Positions 55,253 to 64,000 of a stretch of 64,000 bases of DNA are shown here, piece by piece; the first letter of the stretch is position 1, and each line of letters starts with the position of its first letter. Made by a program: the position numbers and the translations under genes. This DNA is from Verrucomicrobiales bacterium (GTDB lineage Bacteria; Verrucomicrobiota; Verrucomicrobiia; Verrucomicrobiales; DEV007), in assembly GCA_028033615.1 (NCBI GenBank), contig JAOFDG010000004.1, positions 4,637 to 68,636 on the forward strand. Direction: 5' to 3'. The notes under the pieces are model-generated. The model was not told the DNA's origin. It saw only the letters and a program-made list of their open reading frames with translations, and did not search any database.

Positions 55253-56686
55253 TTACGGAGCACCTTTCACATGCTTATAAAGCTCCAGGGCCTCTGCCCG
55301 AGATTTCCGCAAGTCCACAATAGGCTTTGGGTAATTATTTCCGAGCTCGACACCCGATTCTAAGAGTGTTTCAGAAGATGCCTCCCAAGGTTTATGTAAA
55401 TATTCTTTGGGGACTTTGGATAGTTCAGGGCAATACTTTTTGACGTAATCTCCATTGATGTCGAACTTTTCACCCTGAAGTACTGGGTTAAATATTCTGA
55501 AAAAAGGAGCGGCGTCAGCCCCTGAACCAGCGACCCATTGCCAGCTAGCACAGTTAGCTGCGAGGTCAGCATCCACTAGACAATCCCAAAACCAAGATTC
55601 CCCATCTCGCCAGTCGATGTTAAGGTTTTTAACTAGGTAAGATCCAACTATCATTCTAACTCGGTTGTGAATGTAACCTGTCTGCCAAAGTTCTCTCATA
55701 CCCGCATCCACTATTGGCACACCTGTTAAACCTTTTTTCCATGCCTTATATTTTGACCCTCCGCTTGACCACGGATATTTATCAAATTTCTCATTAAAAT
55801 TTCTGTCAGTGATGTGTGGAAAGTGATAAAGCAAATAATAACTAAATTCTCTCCATCCCAATTCACTTAGGTAGTGATATAAATCTTTACCTATCTTTTC
55901 GATGTTTTGATTTGATAAGGCAGCATGCCACACTTGATTTGGTGAAATCTCACCGAAGTGTAGATGAGGGCTTAATCTTGAAGTTCCCTTAGCGCCTGGA
56001 AAGTCTCTGCCGACTTTGTAATTTTGAACGTGATCCTTCAAGAAGCTGTTAAGATTTTTGGAGGCCCCGCCTTCTCCGGGCTCCCAAGATTTCTCCATGC
56101 TGCCGTGCCAATTTACTTTGGGCATGAGTTTGAGAGAGTCTATTCCTTGATTCACAGCTTTCAAGTTTGTGAATTTCATTTCGTTAGGTTTTTGGATTGG
56201 AGTTCTTGGTGAATCGGCGTTTAAACAACCCTTGCGATAAAATGGAGTGAAGACCTTATACGGGAGCCCAGATTGATTGAGTATGGTCCAAGGTTCCCAA
56301 AGTAAGGATCCATTAAAGGTAAGAATGTTTACTCCTAATTTCTCAAGATTGGATTTTATTATTTTATCTCTATTAATTTGCCAAGGCTCATAATTTCTAT
56401 TCCAGTTGACCTGTTGAACTTCGAATTTGGATATAATTTGTGGTAATATCTCGAGTGGGTTTCCAGCAACTGTAATTAACTTTCCGTCTAAGCTTTTATT
56501 AAGCGAATTCAGGGATTGATGAAGCCACCATTTGGATGCGCTACCAATTTTCTTCTCTCCATTATTGTGATTGTCATGTATATAAATAGGTAGCACTTCA
56601 CCTTTTTTACACGCTTCATTCAGAGCAGGGTTGTCAGTGATCCGTAGATCCTGTCTAAACCACATTATAGTTTTGTATTTTCTCAC
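55253..56686 (-). CDS. phrB: Deoxyribodipyrimidine (CPD) photolyase, class I
   Basis: WFRQDLRITDNPAL N-terminus. GWREFSYYLL, TGYIHNRVRMIVGSYL and DADLAANCASWQWVAGSGADAAPFFRIFNP. Confidence 0.88.
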   Translation of the reverse strand: MRKYKTIMWFRQDLRITDNPALNEACKKGEVLPIYIHDNHNNGEKKIGSASKWWLHQSLNSLNKSLDGKLITVAGNPLEILPQIISKFEVQQVNWNRNYEPWQINRDKIIKSNLEKLGVNILTFNGSLLWEPWTILNQSGLPYKVFTPFYRKGCLNADSPRTPIQKPNEMKFTNLKAVNQGIDSLKLMPKVNWHGSMEKSWEPGEGGASKNLNSFLKDHVQNYKVGRDFPGAKGTSRLSPHLHFGEISPNQVWHAALSNQNIEKIGKDLYHYLSELGWREFSYYLLYHFPHITDRNFNEKFDKYPWSSGGSKYKAWKKGLTGVPIVDAGMRELWQTGYIHNRVRMIVGSYLVKNLNIDWRDGESWFWDCLVDADLAANCASWQWVAGSGADAAPFFRIFNPVLQGEKFDINGDYVKKYCPELSKVPKEYLHKPWEASSETLLESGVELGNNYPKPIVDLRKSRAEALELYKHVKGAP

Positions 56687-56853
56687 CTTAATAATGGTTA
56701 TATTTTACGACAGTCACCAATAACTGGATTCTAGTCTTTTAATAATGTGATTTAATAACTTCTTTAAAATTAATTTATGCCTAATAATGATCTGAATTTC
56801 GACGAATTGTCGCTCAATATATTCTCTGAAAATTCAACCTTATACTCCTTATA

Positions 56854-58713
56854 ATGAAAAAAGTTAGTGCTGTTTTTTTTCTCATATTATTTTGTGTTTT
56901 CCAAAATTTATTAGCAAGGCCAAATATACTTTGGATTTCCGCCGAGGACATTGGCCCACAATTTGGATGTTATGGGGACCCGCATGCCATTACTCCAAAC
57001 ATTGATCGACTTGCGAGCCAAGGCACTCGGTATACTAATGCTTACACAACGGCTGGAGTTTGTGCTCCTTGTCGTAGTGGAATAATTACAGGAATGTATC
57101 AAAACAGTATTGGCACCCACCATATGAGGTGTAATTCAATACTTCCTAGTTGGCTAAAGCCATTCCCTAAAGCTCTTAAGGAATCGGGTTATTACTGCAC
57201 CAATAATTCAAAAACCGATTATCAATTTTCAAAACCATCTACCAATGAAATATGGGATCAGAGCGGCTCAAGAGCTCATTGGAAAAACAGAAAGAAAGAT
57301 CAGCCGTTCTTTGCGGTTTTTAATTATACAGGATGTCATGAGAGTGGTATTGCTTCTGAAAGCAAGTATAAATCAGTCACTGCCAATCTCACGGCTAAAG
57401 AACGACAGGATCCTAATAAGATCTCCACATTACCACCTTATTACCCTGATACGCCTGCCGTTAGAGAAGATTGGAAAAGAAATTATGAGCTGATTACTGC
57501 AATGGATTCATGGGCAGGAAGTCTTATTAAAGAAATTAAAGATCAGGGTCTTTATGAAGAGACGATAATTTTCTTCTGGTCTGATCACGGCGTTGGTCTT
57601 CCTCGTGCTAAGCGTTGGTTATATCATTCTGGAACTCACGTGCCACTCATTGTTAGGATTCCAGGTCAGTTAGCTGGTAAAGTAGATCATCAATTAGTAA
57701 GCTCTATCGACTTTGGACCGACAGTTTTAAATCTCGCAGGAATTAAGGTTCATGATAATCTACAAGGAAGAGCATTTCTTGGTAAGAATCTCTCTGCCCC
57801 AAGAAAATACGTGTTTGGCGCTAGGGATAGAATGGATGAAAGATATGATATAATTCGTGCAGTTTTTGATGGTCGGTTCCGTTATATTAGAAATTTTGAA
57901 CCCCTTAAACCGTATTATCAGTATATGAACACACCAGAAAAAGGTGCAACCATGAGGGAGATTAGAAGAGCAGAGAATGAATCTAGCCTCACTGTCGCAG
58001 GCAAATTGTTTTCTTCTAGTGAAAAGCCAGTCGAGGAGCTTTATGATATAAAAGTAGATCCCCATGAAATAAATAATTTAGCATCCGATTCCAAATATTT
58101 ATCTAAAATCAAGCTAATGAGAAATGTTATGTCGAATTGGCAATCCACTATTGGAGATATTGGCCTAATTCCAGAAGCAGAAATCGAAATTCAAGAAAAA
58201 CAATCAGGTTCAAGGTTTGAAATAATGAATGGTAAGGAATCCGATTCAAACCATATTCAGCAGTTAGTTAGTGTTGCAACTAAAGCTTCAGAAGGTATTT
58301 CAGCATTAGATGATCTAATAAGGGCATCTACTAGTAATGATCCTGTGATTCGTTATTGGGCTATGACTGGTATAGGTAATATAGGAAAAAATGCAGGTGA
58401 GGTTGCCAAAAAAATTTCCATTGATGCAATGAAAGATGATTCCCCAAGTGTCAGAATAGCGGCGGCAAGAGCTGTGGCTAAGTTTGGTGAAATAGATTCG
58501 GCTTTAGGCCTATTGAAAAATGAATTAAAATCACCTCATCAATGGGGTCGTTTAGCGACTGCGATCGTTATTGATGAGATGGGTGAGGATGCCCGTCCAT
58601 TGGTAGATGACCTTAAAAAAGTGTTAAAAATTCGCCAGCCTAATAAATACATTATAAGAGTGGCTAACAGAGCTTTAAATGATTTACTTGGAACCGAAAA
58701 TCAAGTTCGCTAA
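56854..58713 (+). CDS. Sulfatase with a C-terminal HEAT-repeat extension
   Basis: Signal peptide. PNILWISAEDIGPQFGCYGD. The CAPCRSGIITG (C-x-P-x-R) motif. The C-terminal ~150 aa contain HEAT-like repeats (DPVIRYWAMTGIGNIG, SPSVRIAAARAVAKFGE, QWGRLATAIVIDEMG). Confidence 0.88.
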   Translation: MKKVSAVFFLILFCVFQNLLARPNILWISAEDIGPQFGCYGDPHAITPNIDRLASQGTRYTNAYTTAGVCAPCRSGIITGMYQNSIGTHHMRCNSILPSWLKPFPKALKESGYYCTNNSKTDYQFSKPSTNEIWDQSGSRAHWKNRKKDQPFFAVFNYTGCHESGIASESKYKSVTANLTAKERQDPNKISTLPPYYPDTPAVREDWKRNYELITAMDSWAGSLIKEIKDQGLYEETIIFFWSDHGVGLPRAKRWLYHSGTHVPLIVRIPGQLAGKVDHQLVSSIDFGPTVLNLAGIKVHDNLQGRAFLGKNLSAPRKYVFGARDRMDERYDIIRAVFDGRFRYIRNFEPLKPYYQYMNTPEKGATMREIRRAENESSLTVAGKLFSSSEKPVEELYDIKVDPHEINNLASDSKYLSKIKLMRNVMSNWQSTIGDIGLIPEAEIEIQEKQSGSRFEIMNGKESDSNHIQQLVSVATKASEGISALDDLIRASTSNDPVIRYWAMTGIGNIGKNAGEVAKKISIDAMKDDSPSVRIAAARAVAKFGEIDSALGLLKNELKSPHQWGRLATAIVIDEMGEDARPLVDDLKKVLKIRQPNKYIIRVANRALNDLLGTENQVR

Positions 58714-58768
58714 GTTTTTCAGCAAAGTTTTTCACAAGAAATTTTCCATATACCTTGATAAATTACAT

Positions 58769-61315
58769 ATGAAGTCTTTTAGATTACTCACTATTTTATA
58801 TTTTCAATTCGTTTTGATAATTTACTCTTCAGGCGATTGGGTTGAACTTTTTGATGGCAAGACCACAGAGGGTTGGAATCCTCGCTCTGAGGTTGTTTCT
58901 TTTGAAGCTAAGAATGAGGAATTACACCTTCTAAGTAAAACGAATTGTTGGGTTACTACCGATCTTCAAATGAGTGATTTTGAGATAGAAATAGAAGTTC
59001 TCATGCCAGAGTACGAAGGTTTCAACTCTGGATTGGCTTTTCGCTGTATTGGTAAAAAAGGCCGACCTAAAGGCTATCAGTGTGAGATTGATAGAAAAAT
59101 GCCAGGTGGCATTTACGGAATTGGAAATGGTGGATGGTTATATCCAGGAAAAGGACAGAGCAAAAATTTTCTGGATAAAATAAAAGGTAATTTTAATAAA
59201 GGTGATTGGAATCATTTTAGAGTGAAAGCTGTTGGATCTAGGATTCAAACATGGTTGAACGGAAAGCCTGTTTCAGATATTAAACATGGAAAAATCCTGA
59301 AGGGATTTTTTGGTATTCAGCATCACGGAAAAGGAGGGGTTGTACGATTTAGAAATATAAGGGCACGTGAGGTTGATAATAAAAAAATAACTCAAAAGAT
59401 TCAACAGAAGCCAAATATATTATGGATAACGGCTGAGGACATGAGTCCAACTCTTGGATGCTATGGAGATGATTATGCGATTACTCCAAACATTGATGAT
59501 TTGGCTAAGTCTTCAACGAGATACTCTAATGCTTTTGCAGCTTCTCCTGTCTGTTCTCCCTCAAGGTCTGTTCTTATTACGGGAATGCATAATGTTTCGA
59601 CGGGTACTCATCAGATGAGGTCTGGGTTTCCATTGCCAATAGGAGTTAAGGGGTTCCCAGCCTATATGAGAGAATTAGGTTACTTTACAACTAATAATGT
59701 TAAAACAGACTATAACACTAGTGATGCGCCACGATTGATTCAAGAATCGTGGAATGAGTCTAGTCCTAAAGCCCACTGGCGTAGTTCTAAGCGTAAGGAA
59801 GAACAGCCGTTCTTTGCTGTCTTTAATATTATGACTAGTCATCAGTCTCGTTCGATGGTTTGGCCATATTCTGTTTTCAAGAAACATGTGCAATCCAAAT
59901 TGGCGACTTCAGATATTCATGATCCAAAAAAAGCTCCAGTCCCAGACTATTATCCTGACACTCCTCTTATTAGAAAAACTATTAGTAGGTATTATGATTG
60001 TGTCACTGTAATGGATCAACGTGTAGGAGAAATTATGAGCCAATTACGTGAAGATGGATTAGCAGATAATACCATTGTTTTTTTCTTTTCTGATCATGGT
60101 TCTGGGATGCCCCGTCATAAGAGGTTGTTACATGATAGTGGTATGAAAGTTGCCATGTTGATACATGTTCCTGAGAAATGGAAACATTTGCGCCCAACTA
60201 TTCCAGGGTTAGCAACAGATAGGTTAGTTAGTTTCGTTGACTTTGCCCCATCAGTTCTTGGATTAGTTGGTTTAGAATCACCAAAATATATGCAAGGCAC
60301 TTCTTTTATTGGTGCTGGTTCCTCTGAGGAAAGAGAATTTGTTTTTGGTAATAGAGATAGAGTTGATGAAGTATTTGATTGTTCAAGATCGGTCAGAAAT
60401 AAAAGATGGTTATACATTCGAAATTATCATCCTCACTTATCATGGAACCAGCCTTCTGTTTTCTCTGATCTTGGTGAAATACGACATGAAATATCACGAG
60501 TATTTAATGAAGATCCTAATGCTTCAAGTGCTGCTCGGAGGCATTATGCTGGCCCTGTTAGACCGATTGAAGAGCTTTATGATTGTGCGGAAGATCCGAA
60601 TAATATCCGTAATCTTCTGCCAGGAAAGTTGTCAGTTGATGCTAAGAAAGCATTGGATTCATTACGATTTGAATTAGTTGAGCATCGTAATGAAGTTGGA
60701 GATTTGGGAGCGTTTCCAGAAAGTGAGATGCGTCGTTGGATTAAAAATGAGAATAAACCTATGAGAGATGTCTTACTAGGGCGGGCAAAACATTCTCCAG
60801 ATCTTGCTAGAGCATGGAAAGCGGCAGACAAAGTAGGTACTTCTAGTTCTGAAGACCTTTTGGATCTTCTTAAAAATGGTAATGTTAATGAGAGATATTG
60901 GGCAGCCATTTCTCTCAGGAGTGGTCATTTTAATGATAAAAAAATTCATCAAAAAGTTTCTGAGTGGATTCACGATGTCGAGCCCTCTGTAAGAATAGAA
61001 ATTGCTGGTTGGTTAGCTTTTTTTCCAAACAAAAGAAAAGCTGCTCTTGATAGACTAGTTAAAGATCTTGAACATTCTGATTGGGCGGTGGCTTTACAAG
61101 CTTGTCGAGCAATTGAGTTATTGGGATCTAAAGCTAATCCAGTTTTAGAGACAATGAAGAAACTATATGCAAATACCCGACATGAGCCCGGAGATAATAA
61201 TTTCTTCATTGCTTTTTCAAGTGGTGCTTTTCTTGATAAACTAGGAGAAAAAACAGTTCCTTGGGATTTTACTCCTGGAGCTGGAAGCTTCATGCCTCCA
61301 AAAAAGAAAAAATAA
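58769..61315 (+). CDS. Three-part protein: DUF1080 domain + sulfatase + HEAT-repeat tail
   Basis: Start taken at the ATG at 58769 (MKSFRLLTILYF..., a signal peptide). DUF1080 motifs LFDGKTTEGWN, NSGLAFRC and FFGIQHHGKGGVVRFRNIRAREV. Sulfatase motifs PNILWITAEDMSPTLGCYGD and CSPSRSVLITG. HEAT-like tail (NERYWAAISLRS, EPSVRIEIAGWLA, DWAVALQACRAIELLG). Confidence 0.85.
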   Translation: MKSFRLLTILYFQFVLIIYSSGDWVELFDGKTTEGWNPRSEVVSFEAKNEELHLLSKTNCWVTTDLQMSDFEIEIEVLMPEYEGFNSGLAFRCIGKKGRPKGYQCEIDRKMPGGIYGIGNGGWLYPGKGQSKNFLDKIKGNFNKGDWNHFRVKAVGSRIQTWLNGKPVSDIKHGKILKGFFGIQHHGKGGVVRFRNIRAREVDNKKITQKIQQKPNILWITAEDMSPTLGCYGDDYAITPNIDDLAKSSTRYSNAFAASPVCSPSRSVLITGMHNVSTGTHQMRSGFPLPIGVKGFPAYMRELGYFTTNNVKTDYNTSDAPRLIQESWNESSPKAHWRSSKRKEEQPFFAVFNIMTSHQSRSMVWPYSVFKKHVQSKLATSDIHDPKKAPVPDYYPDTPLIRKTISRYYDCVTVMDQRVGEIMSQLREDGLADNTIVFFFSDHGSGMPRHKRLLHDSGMKVAMLIHVPEKWKHLRPTIPGLATDRLVSFVDFAPSVLGLVGLESPKYMQGTSFIGAGSSEEREFVFGNRDRVDEVFDCSRSVRNKRWLYIRNYHPHLSWNQPSVFSDLGEIRHEISRVFNEDPNASSAARRHYAGPVRPIEELYDCAEDPNNIRNLLPGKLSVDAKKALDSLRFELVEHRNEVGDLGAFPESEMRRWIKNENKPMRDVLLGRAKHSPDLARAWKAADKVGTSSSEDLLDLLKNGNVNERYWAAISLRSGHFNDKKIHQKVSEWIHDVEPSVRIEIAGWLAFFPNKRKAALDRLVKDLEHSDWAVALQACRAIELLGSKANPVLETMKKLYANTRHEPGDNNFFIAFSSGAFLDKLGEKTVPWDFTPGAGSFMPPKKKK

Positions 61316-61370
61316 TATAAAGTCATCGTTTTTGATATTTAGATAAATGGCTTTTCCTTAGGGCTCAGAT

Positions 61371-61386
61371 TTGATAGAATTATCAA
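61371..61386. promoter_or_regulatory. Inverted repeat TTGATA-GAAT-TATCAA abutting the start codon of the Gfo/Idh/MocA gene
   Basis: The 6-bp arms are exact reverse complements, and the element ends at the base before the ATG at 61387. It could be an operator or a translational hairpin. Confidence 0.2.
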
Positions 61387-62418
61387 ATGAAAGTTGGAAT
61401 CGTTGGTTATGGTTGGGTCGCCGGCGCTCACATTGATGCGCTGAACTCCATTGAAGGTGTTGAAGTTTCCGCCATCTACTCATCTCGTTCTCAGGACGAT
61501 AATGCATTAAGCCAAAGGCACGGCTCTTCAATTAAGTCTTATCAGAATTTGGATTCGATGATTGACTCTGAGATTTTAGATGTCATTTCTATTTGCAGTT
61601 ATCCTGCTCAACATAAGGATCATGTGATAGCCTGTGCTAAAGCGGGTAAGCACCTAATTATTGAAAAGCCTTTAGCATTATCTATCGAGGACTGTGCTGA
61701 GATTCGGTCTGTAGTGGATGAAAACAAAGTAAAAACTTGTGTCTGTTTCGAATGTCGGTATTCCAGTCAATTCTTGGCGACTAAAGCTGCTATTGATGAG
61801 GGGCTTATAGGATCAATTCACTATGGAGAAGTAGATTATTACCATGGCATTGGGCCTTGGTATGGCCAGTTTCGATGGAATACAACCAAAGAAAATGGAG
61901 CCAGTAGTTTGCTTTCGGCTGGCTGTCATGCATTAGATGCTTTATTGCTTTGCATGGACGGTGATGTTGAGGAAGTCAGTTCTTACGCTTCTTCATCCAA
62001 AAGTGAGATTTTCTCAGGTTATGAATATCCCACTACAACGACAACTATTATAAAGTTTACTGATGGTCGTGTTGGCAAGGCTGCTTCATGTATCGATTGT
62101 CTGCAACCTTACTATTTCCATACGCATCTAATTGGTTCTGAGGGCAGTATCCTTGATGATAAATTTCACTCTGAAAAACTTTCTACTGATAAAACTGAAT
62201 GGAGTCAGTTATCTATGAAAATGCTAGACTCTGGAGACGTTAGTGATCATCCATATACTACTCAGTTCCAGGCCTTCTTTGATTCTATTGCTGATAGAAA
62301 AGAAATGCCAATGACCTCTCTCACTGATGCATATAAAAGCTTTGAGGTTATTTTTGCAGCAGATAAATCTGTTGAACTGGGCAGATCAGTTAAACTTTCG
62401 GAGTTTTCAGGTGCCTAG
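61387..62418 (+). CDS. Gfo/Idh/MocA-family NAD(P)-dependent oxidoreductase
   Basis: MKVGIVGYGWVAGAHIDAL Rossmann N-terminus and the EKPLALS motif. 343 aa with no signal peptide. Confidence 0.85.
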   Translation: MKVGIVGYGWVAGAHIDALNSIEGVEVSAIYSSRSQDDNALSQRHGSSIKSYQNLDSMIDSEILDVISICSYPAQHKDHVIACAKAGKHLIIEKPLALSIEDCAEIRSVVDENKVKTCVCFECRYSSQFLATKAAIDEGLIGSIHYGEVDYYHGIGPWYGQFRWNTTKENGASSLLSAGCHALDALLLCMDGDVEEVSSYASSSKSEIFSGYEYPTTTTTIIKFTDGRVGKAASCIDCLQPYYFHTHLIGSEGSILDDKFHSEKLSTDKTEWSQLSMKMLDSGDVSDHPYTTQFQAFFDSIADRKEMPMTSLTDAYKSFEVIFAADKSVELGRSVKLSEFSGA

Positions 62419-63199
62419 TGTAATTGCCATAGTGGCTCACCCGGATGATATCGAATTTCTATTCGCTGGGACAATGCTTCAGCTTGCCGCAAGAGGTTGG
62501 GATTTGCATTATATGAATATTTCTAGTGGTAACTGTGGATCACTTGAAATGAATTCTACGGTGACTCGTAAAACCCGCAAGGAAGAGGCTATGAAAGCTG
62601 CTTACCTGTTGGGAGCAAGGTTTCATCCTTCCATTTGTGATGATTTAGAAATTGTATACTCAGTTGATTTGTTAAGACAACTCGCATCGATAATTCGAAC
62701 TGTTGAGCCTGATGTCGTCCTGACTCATTCGACTGATGATTATATGATTGATCATATGGAGACAGCTAGGCTTGCAGTTACAGCTGCATTCTCTCATGGA
62801 ATGCCAAACTTTAAAACGGAACCAAAGACTTCTCATTTAGTAGGTCATAATGTCAGTCTCTACCATGCAATGCCTCATGGTCTAGTTGATAGTTACAGAA
62901 AGAAAGTAATTCCGGAAGCATATGTGGATATTACTTCTGTTATTGATACGAAGCGTTCTGCTTTGGCGGAGCATCAAAGTCAACATTCTTGGTTAGAGGT
63001 AAGCCAAGGAATGAATTCATACCTCAGTTCCATGGATGAAATGTCAGAGCAGATGGGGCTTCTCTCTGGAAAGTTCAAATATGCTGAAGGTTGGCGAAGA
63101 AGGCTTCATATCGGATTCAGTAAAGAGGATCAGAATCCTCTCAAGGATGCCCTTGGAGACATGTATTATTCTGAACCTAATTATTTTCAAAACGACTAA
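62411..63199 (+). CDS. PIG-L/LmbE-family N-acetyl-sugar deacetylase
   Basis: The GTG at 62411 ([16 protein letters not shown], the AHPDD metal motif) is preferred over the long ORF start at 62327. This start overlaps the upstream gene by 8 nt. There is a later [10 protein letters not shown] motif. Confidence 0.8.
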   Translation: MPSVIAIVAHPDDIEFLFAGTMLQLAARGWDLHYMNISSGNCGSLEMNSTVTRKTRKEEAMKAAYLLGARFHPSICDDLEIVYSVDLLRQLASIIRTVEPDVVLTHSTDDYMIDHMETARLAVTAAFSHGMPNFKTEPKTSHLVGHNVSLYHAMPHGLVDSYRKKVIPEAYVDITSVIDTKRSALAEHQSQHSWLEVSQGMNSYLSSMDEMSEQMGLLSGKFKYAEGWRRRLHIGFSKEDQNPLKDALGDMYYSEPNYFQND

Positions 63200-63203
63200 A
63201 AAA

Positions 63204-64000
63204 ATGGCCAGAAAGTTAAGTACTATTGCCCCAGATTGGTGGGATTATACAACCCTAGAAAATGATCTAATTAGTGACGCTGCATCATTGACTGCAAAGG
63301 ATCTTGAACAACTTTCTCGTCCCGGGTTTAGAGTTGTTATGTATGACACGTTAGAGGACTTTTATCTTGCTGAGGCATTAGAGTATGTTTCTTCCTGGAA
63401 AGAAGCTACTTCGGATAATCCTGTTGGGATTTGTGGACCTATTGGTCCTACAGAACAACTACCTCTTGTTGCAAGATTAGTTAACGAGTTAAAGTTGAAT
63501 TTATCGGATGCTCACTTTTGGGGAATGGATGAATGGCTTGGAGACGATGGCAAAGAGGTTCCCACCTCCCATCCTCTTTCTTTTGAAAGAGCTGACCGTG
63601 AACTTTGTTTTGAGAAAATTGATGATGAATTAAAAATCCCTGAGTCGAATCTTCATTTTCCAGCTGCGGATACTTCAAATTTTATTGAATCCTGGAATGG
63701 AGTTCGGTGCGCTGTGATGCAGGGTGGTCAAGGGGATATTAAGCATTGGGCCTTCAATGATCCTCCTAGACGTGATGGAGAGAATAAGGATGAGCCACCT
63801 TCACCTGAAGATTATAGAAAATTAAGTACTCGAATTGTTGAGCTGCATCCAATAACCCTTGCTCAGAATGCAAGGACTTCAGGGGGAGGTAATATTACGC
63901 TAGTACCTGAAAAAGCCATTACCGTTGGTCCTGTACAAACATGGAAATCTGATAAGGTGTCAATATGGCAGGCAGGTACCCACGATAATCCATTTGGTCA
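63204..64000 (+). CDS. Glucosamine-6-phosphate deaminase/isomerase-like (NagB superfamily) protein; the 3' end lies outside the window
   Basis: Hand translation from the ATG at 63204 stays open to the window end: [13 protein letters not shown]...[18 protein letters not shown]...HFWGMDEW...[17 protein letters not shown]... These correspond to the NagB-type (L/M)DE(Y/W) and GxGxDGH-x-AFNEP regions, in a divergent form. Confidence 0.65.
   Translation, partial: MARKLSTIAPDWWDYTTLENDLISDAASLTAKDLEQLSRPGFRVVMYDTLEDFYLAEALEYVSSWKEATSDNPVGICGPIGPTEQLPLVARLVNELKLNLSDAHFWGMDEWLGDDGKEVPTSHPLSFERADRELCFEKIDDELKIPESNLHFPAADTSNFIESWNGVRCAVMQGGQGDIKHWAFNDPPRRDGENKDEPPSPEDYRKLSTRIVELHPITLAQNARTSGGGNITLVPEKAITVGPVQTWKSDKVSIWQAGTHDNPFG

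Noticed and set aside
1-64000. CRISPR arrays, rRNA genes, transposases, integrases, prophage structural genes and classical toxin-antitoxin or restriction-modification systems
   Set aside because: I looked through the intergenic regions and the ORF translations and found no regularly spaced direct repeats and none of the characteristic motifs (DDE, tyrosine recombinase R-H-R-Y, Cas, methyltransferase). None is reported.

Overview
AT-rich chromosomal window. The gene content points to a marine heterotroph of the Planctomycetes-Verrucomicrobia-Lentisphaerae (PVC) type: an H-X9-DG prepilin-like tail, DUF1549/DUF1553 and DUF1501 families, many sulfatases, and DUF1080 domains. Positions 1-16.6 kb are mostly housekeeping genes: carB, rplU-rpmA-trmL, ilvE, an mcsA-mcsB-clpC arginine-kinase/Clp module, a GT4 glycosyltransferase and cysS. 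This stretch also holds a small protein with two AP2-like repeats. Positions 16.7-20.0 kb hold the first DUF1553/DUF1501 gene pair. Positions 20.0-21.6 kb are a markedly AT-richer islet next to the 3' end of tRNA-Ser(CGA). The islet contains short orphan ORFs, a DUF2256 zinc-ribbon ORF with no canonical start codon, and an unassigned structured RNA-like element with a terminator-like hairpin. From 21.7 kb to the end the window is a dense glycan-scavenging region. It encodes three formylglycine-type sulfatases (two with HEAT-repeat tails, one also with a DUF1080 domain), a BNR sialidase-like protein, a sialate O-acetylesterase, SGNH and alpha/beta esterases, and a NanM-like Kelch mutarotase fused to a sodium:solute symporter. 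It also encodes a second DUF1553(LamG)/DUF1501 pair plus a solitary DUF1501, a DUF1080 + TIM-barrel fusion, a cytochrome c + PQQ sugar dehydrogenase, a 1029-aa LamG/thrombospondin-3 protein and an LRR protein with a VHL-beta-like C-terminal domain. Two photolyases and a Gfo/Idh/MocA - PIG-L - NagB-like operon complete the region. I saw no rRNA, CRISPR array, transposase or integrase. The best candidates for undescribed biology are: (1) the exported DUF1080/TIM-barrel/PQQ/Gfo enzymes, which suggest oxidative (3-keto) glycoside cleavage; (2) the repeated DUF1553/DUF1501 modules; (3) the secreted LRR-VHL-beta protein; (4) the structured RNA and DUF2256 islet at the tRNA. All functional calls come from motif recognition by eye, and no database search was run.
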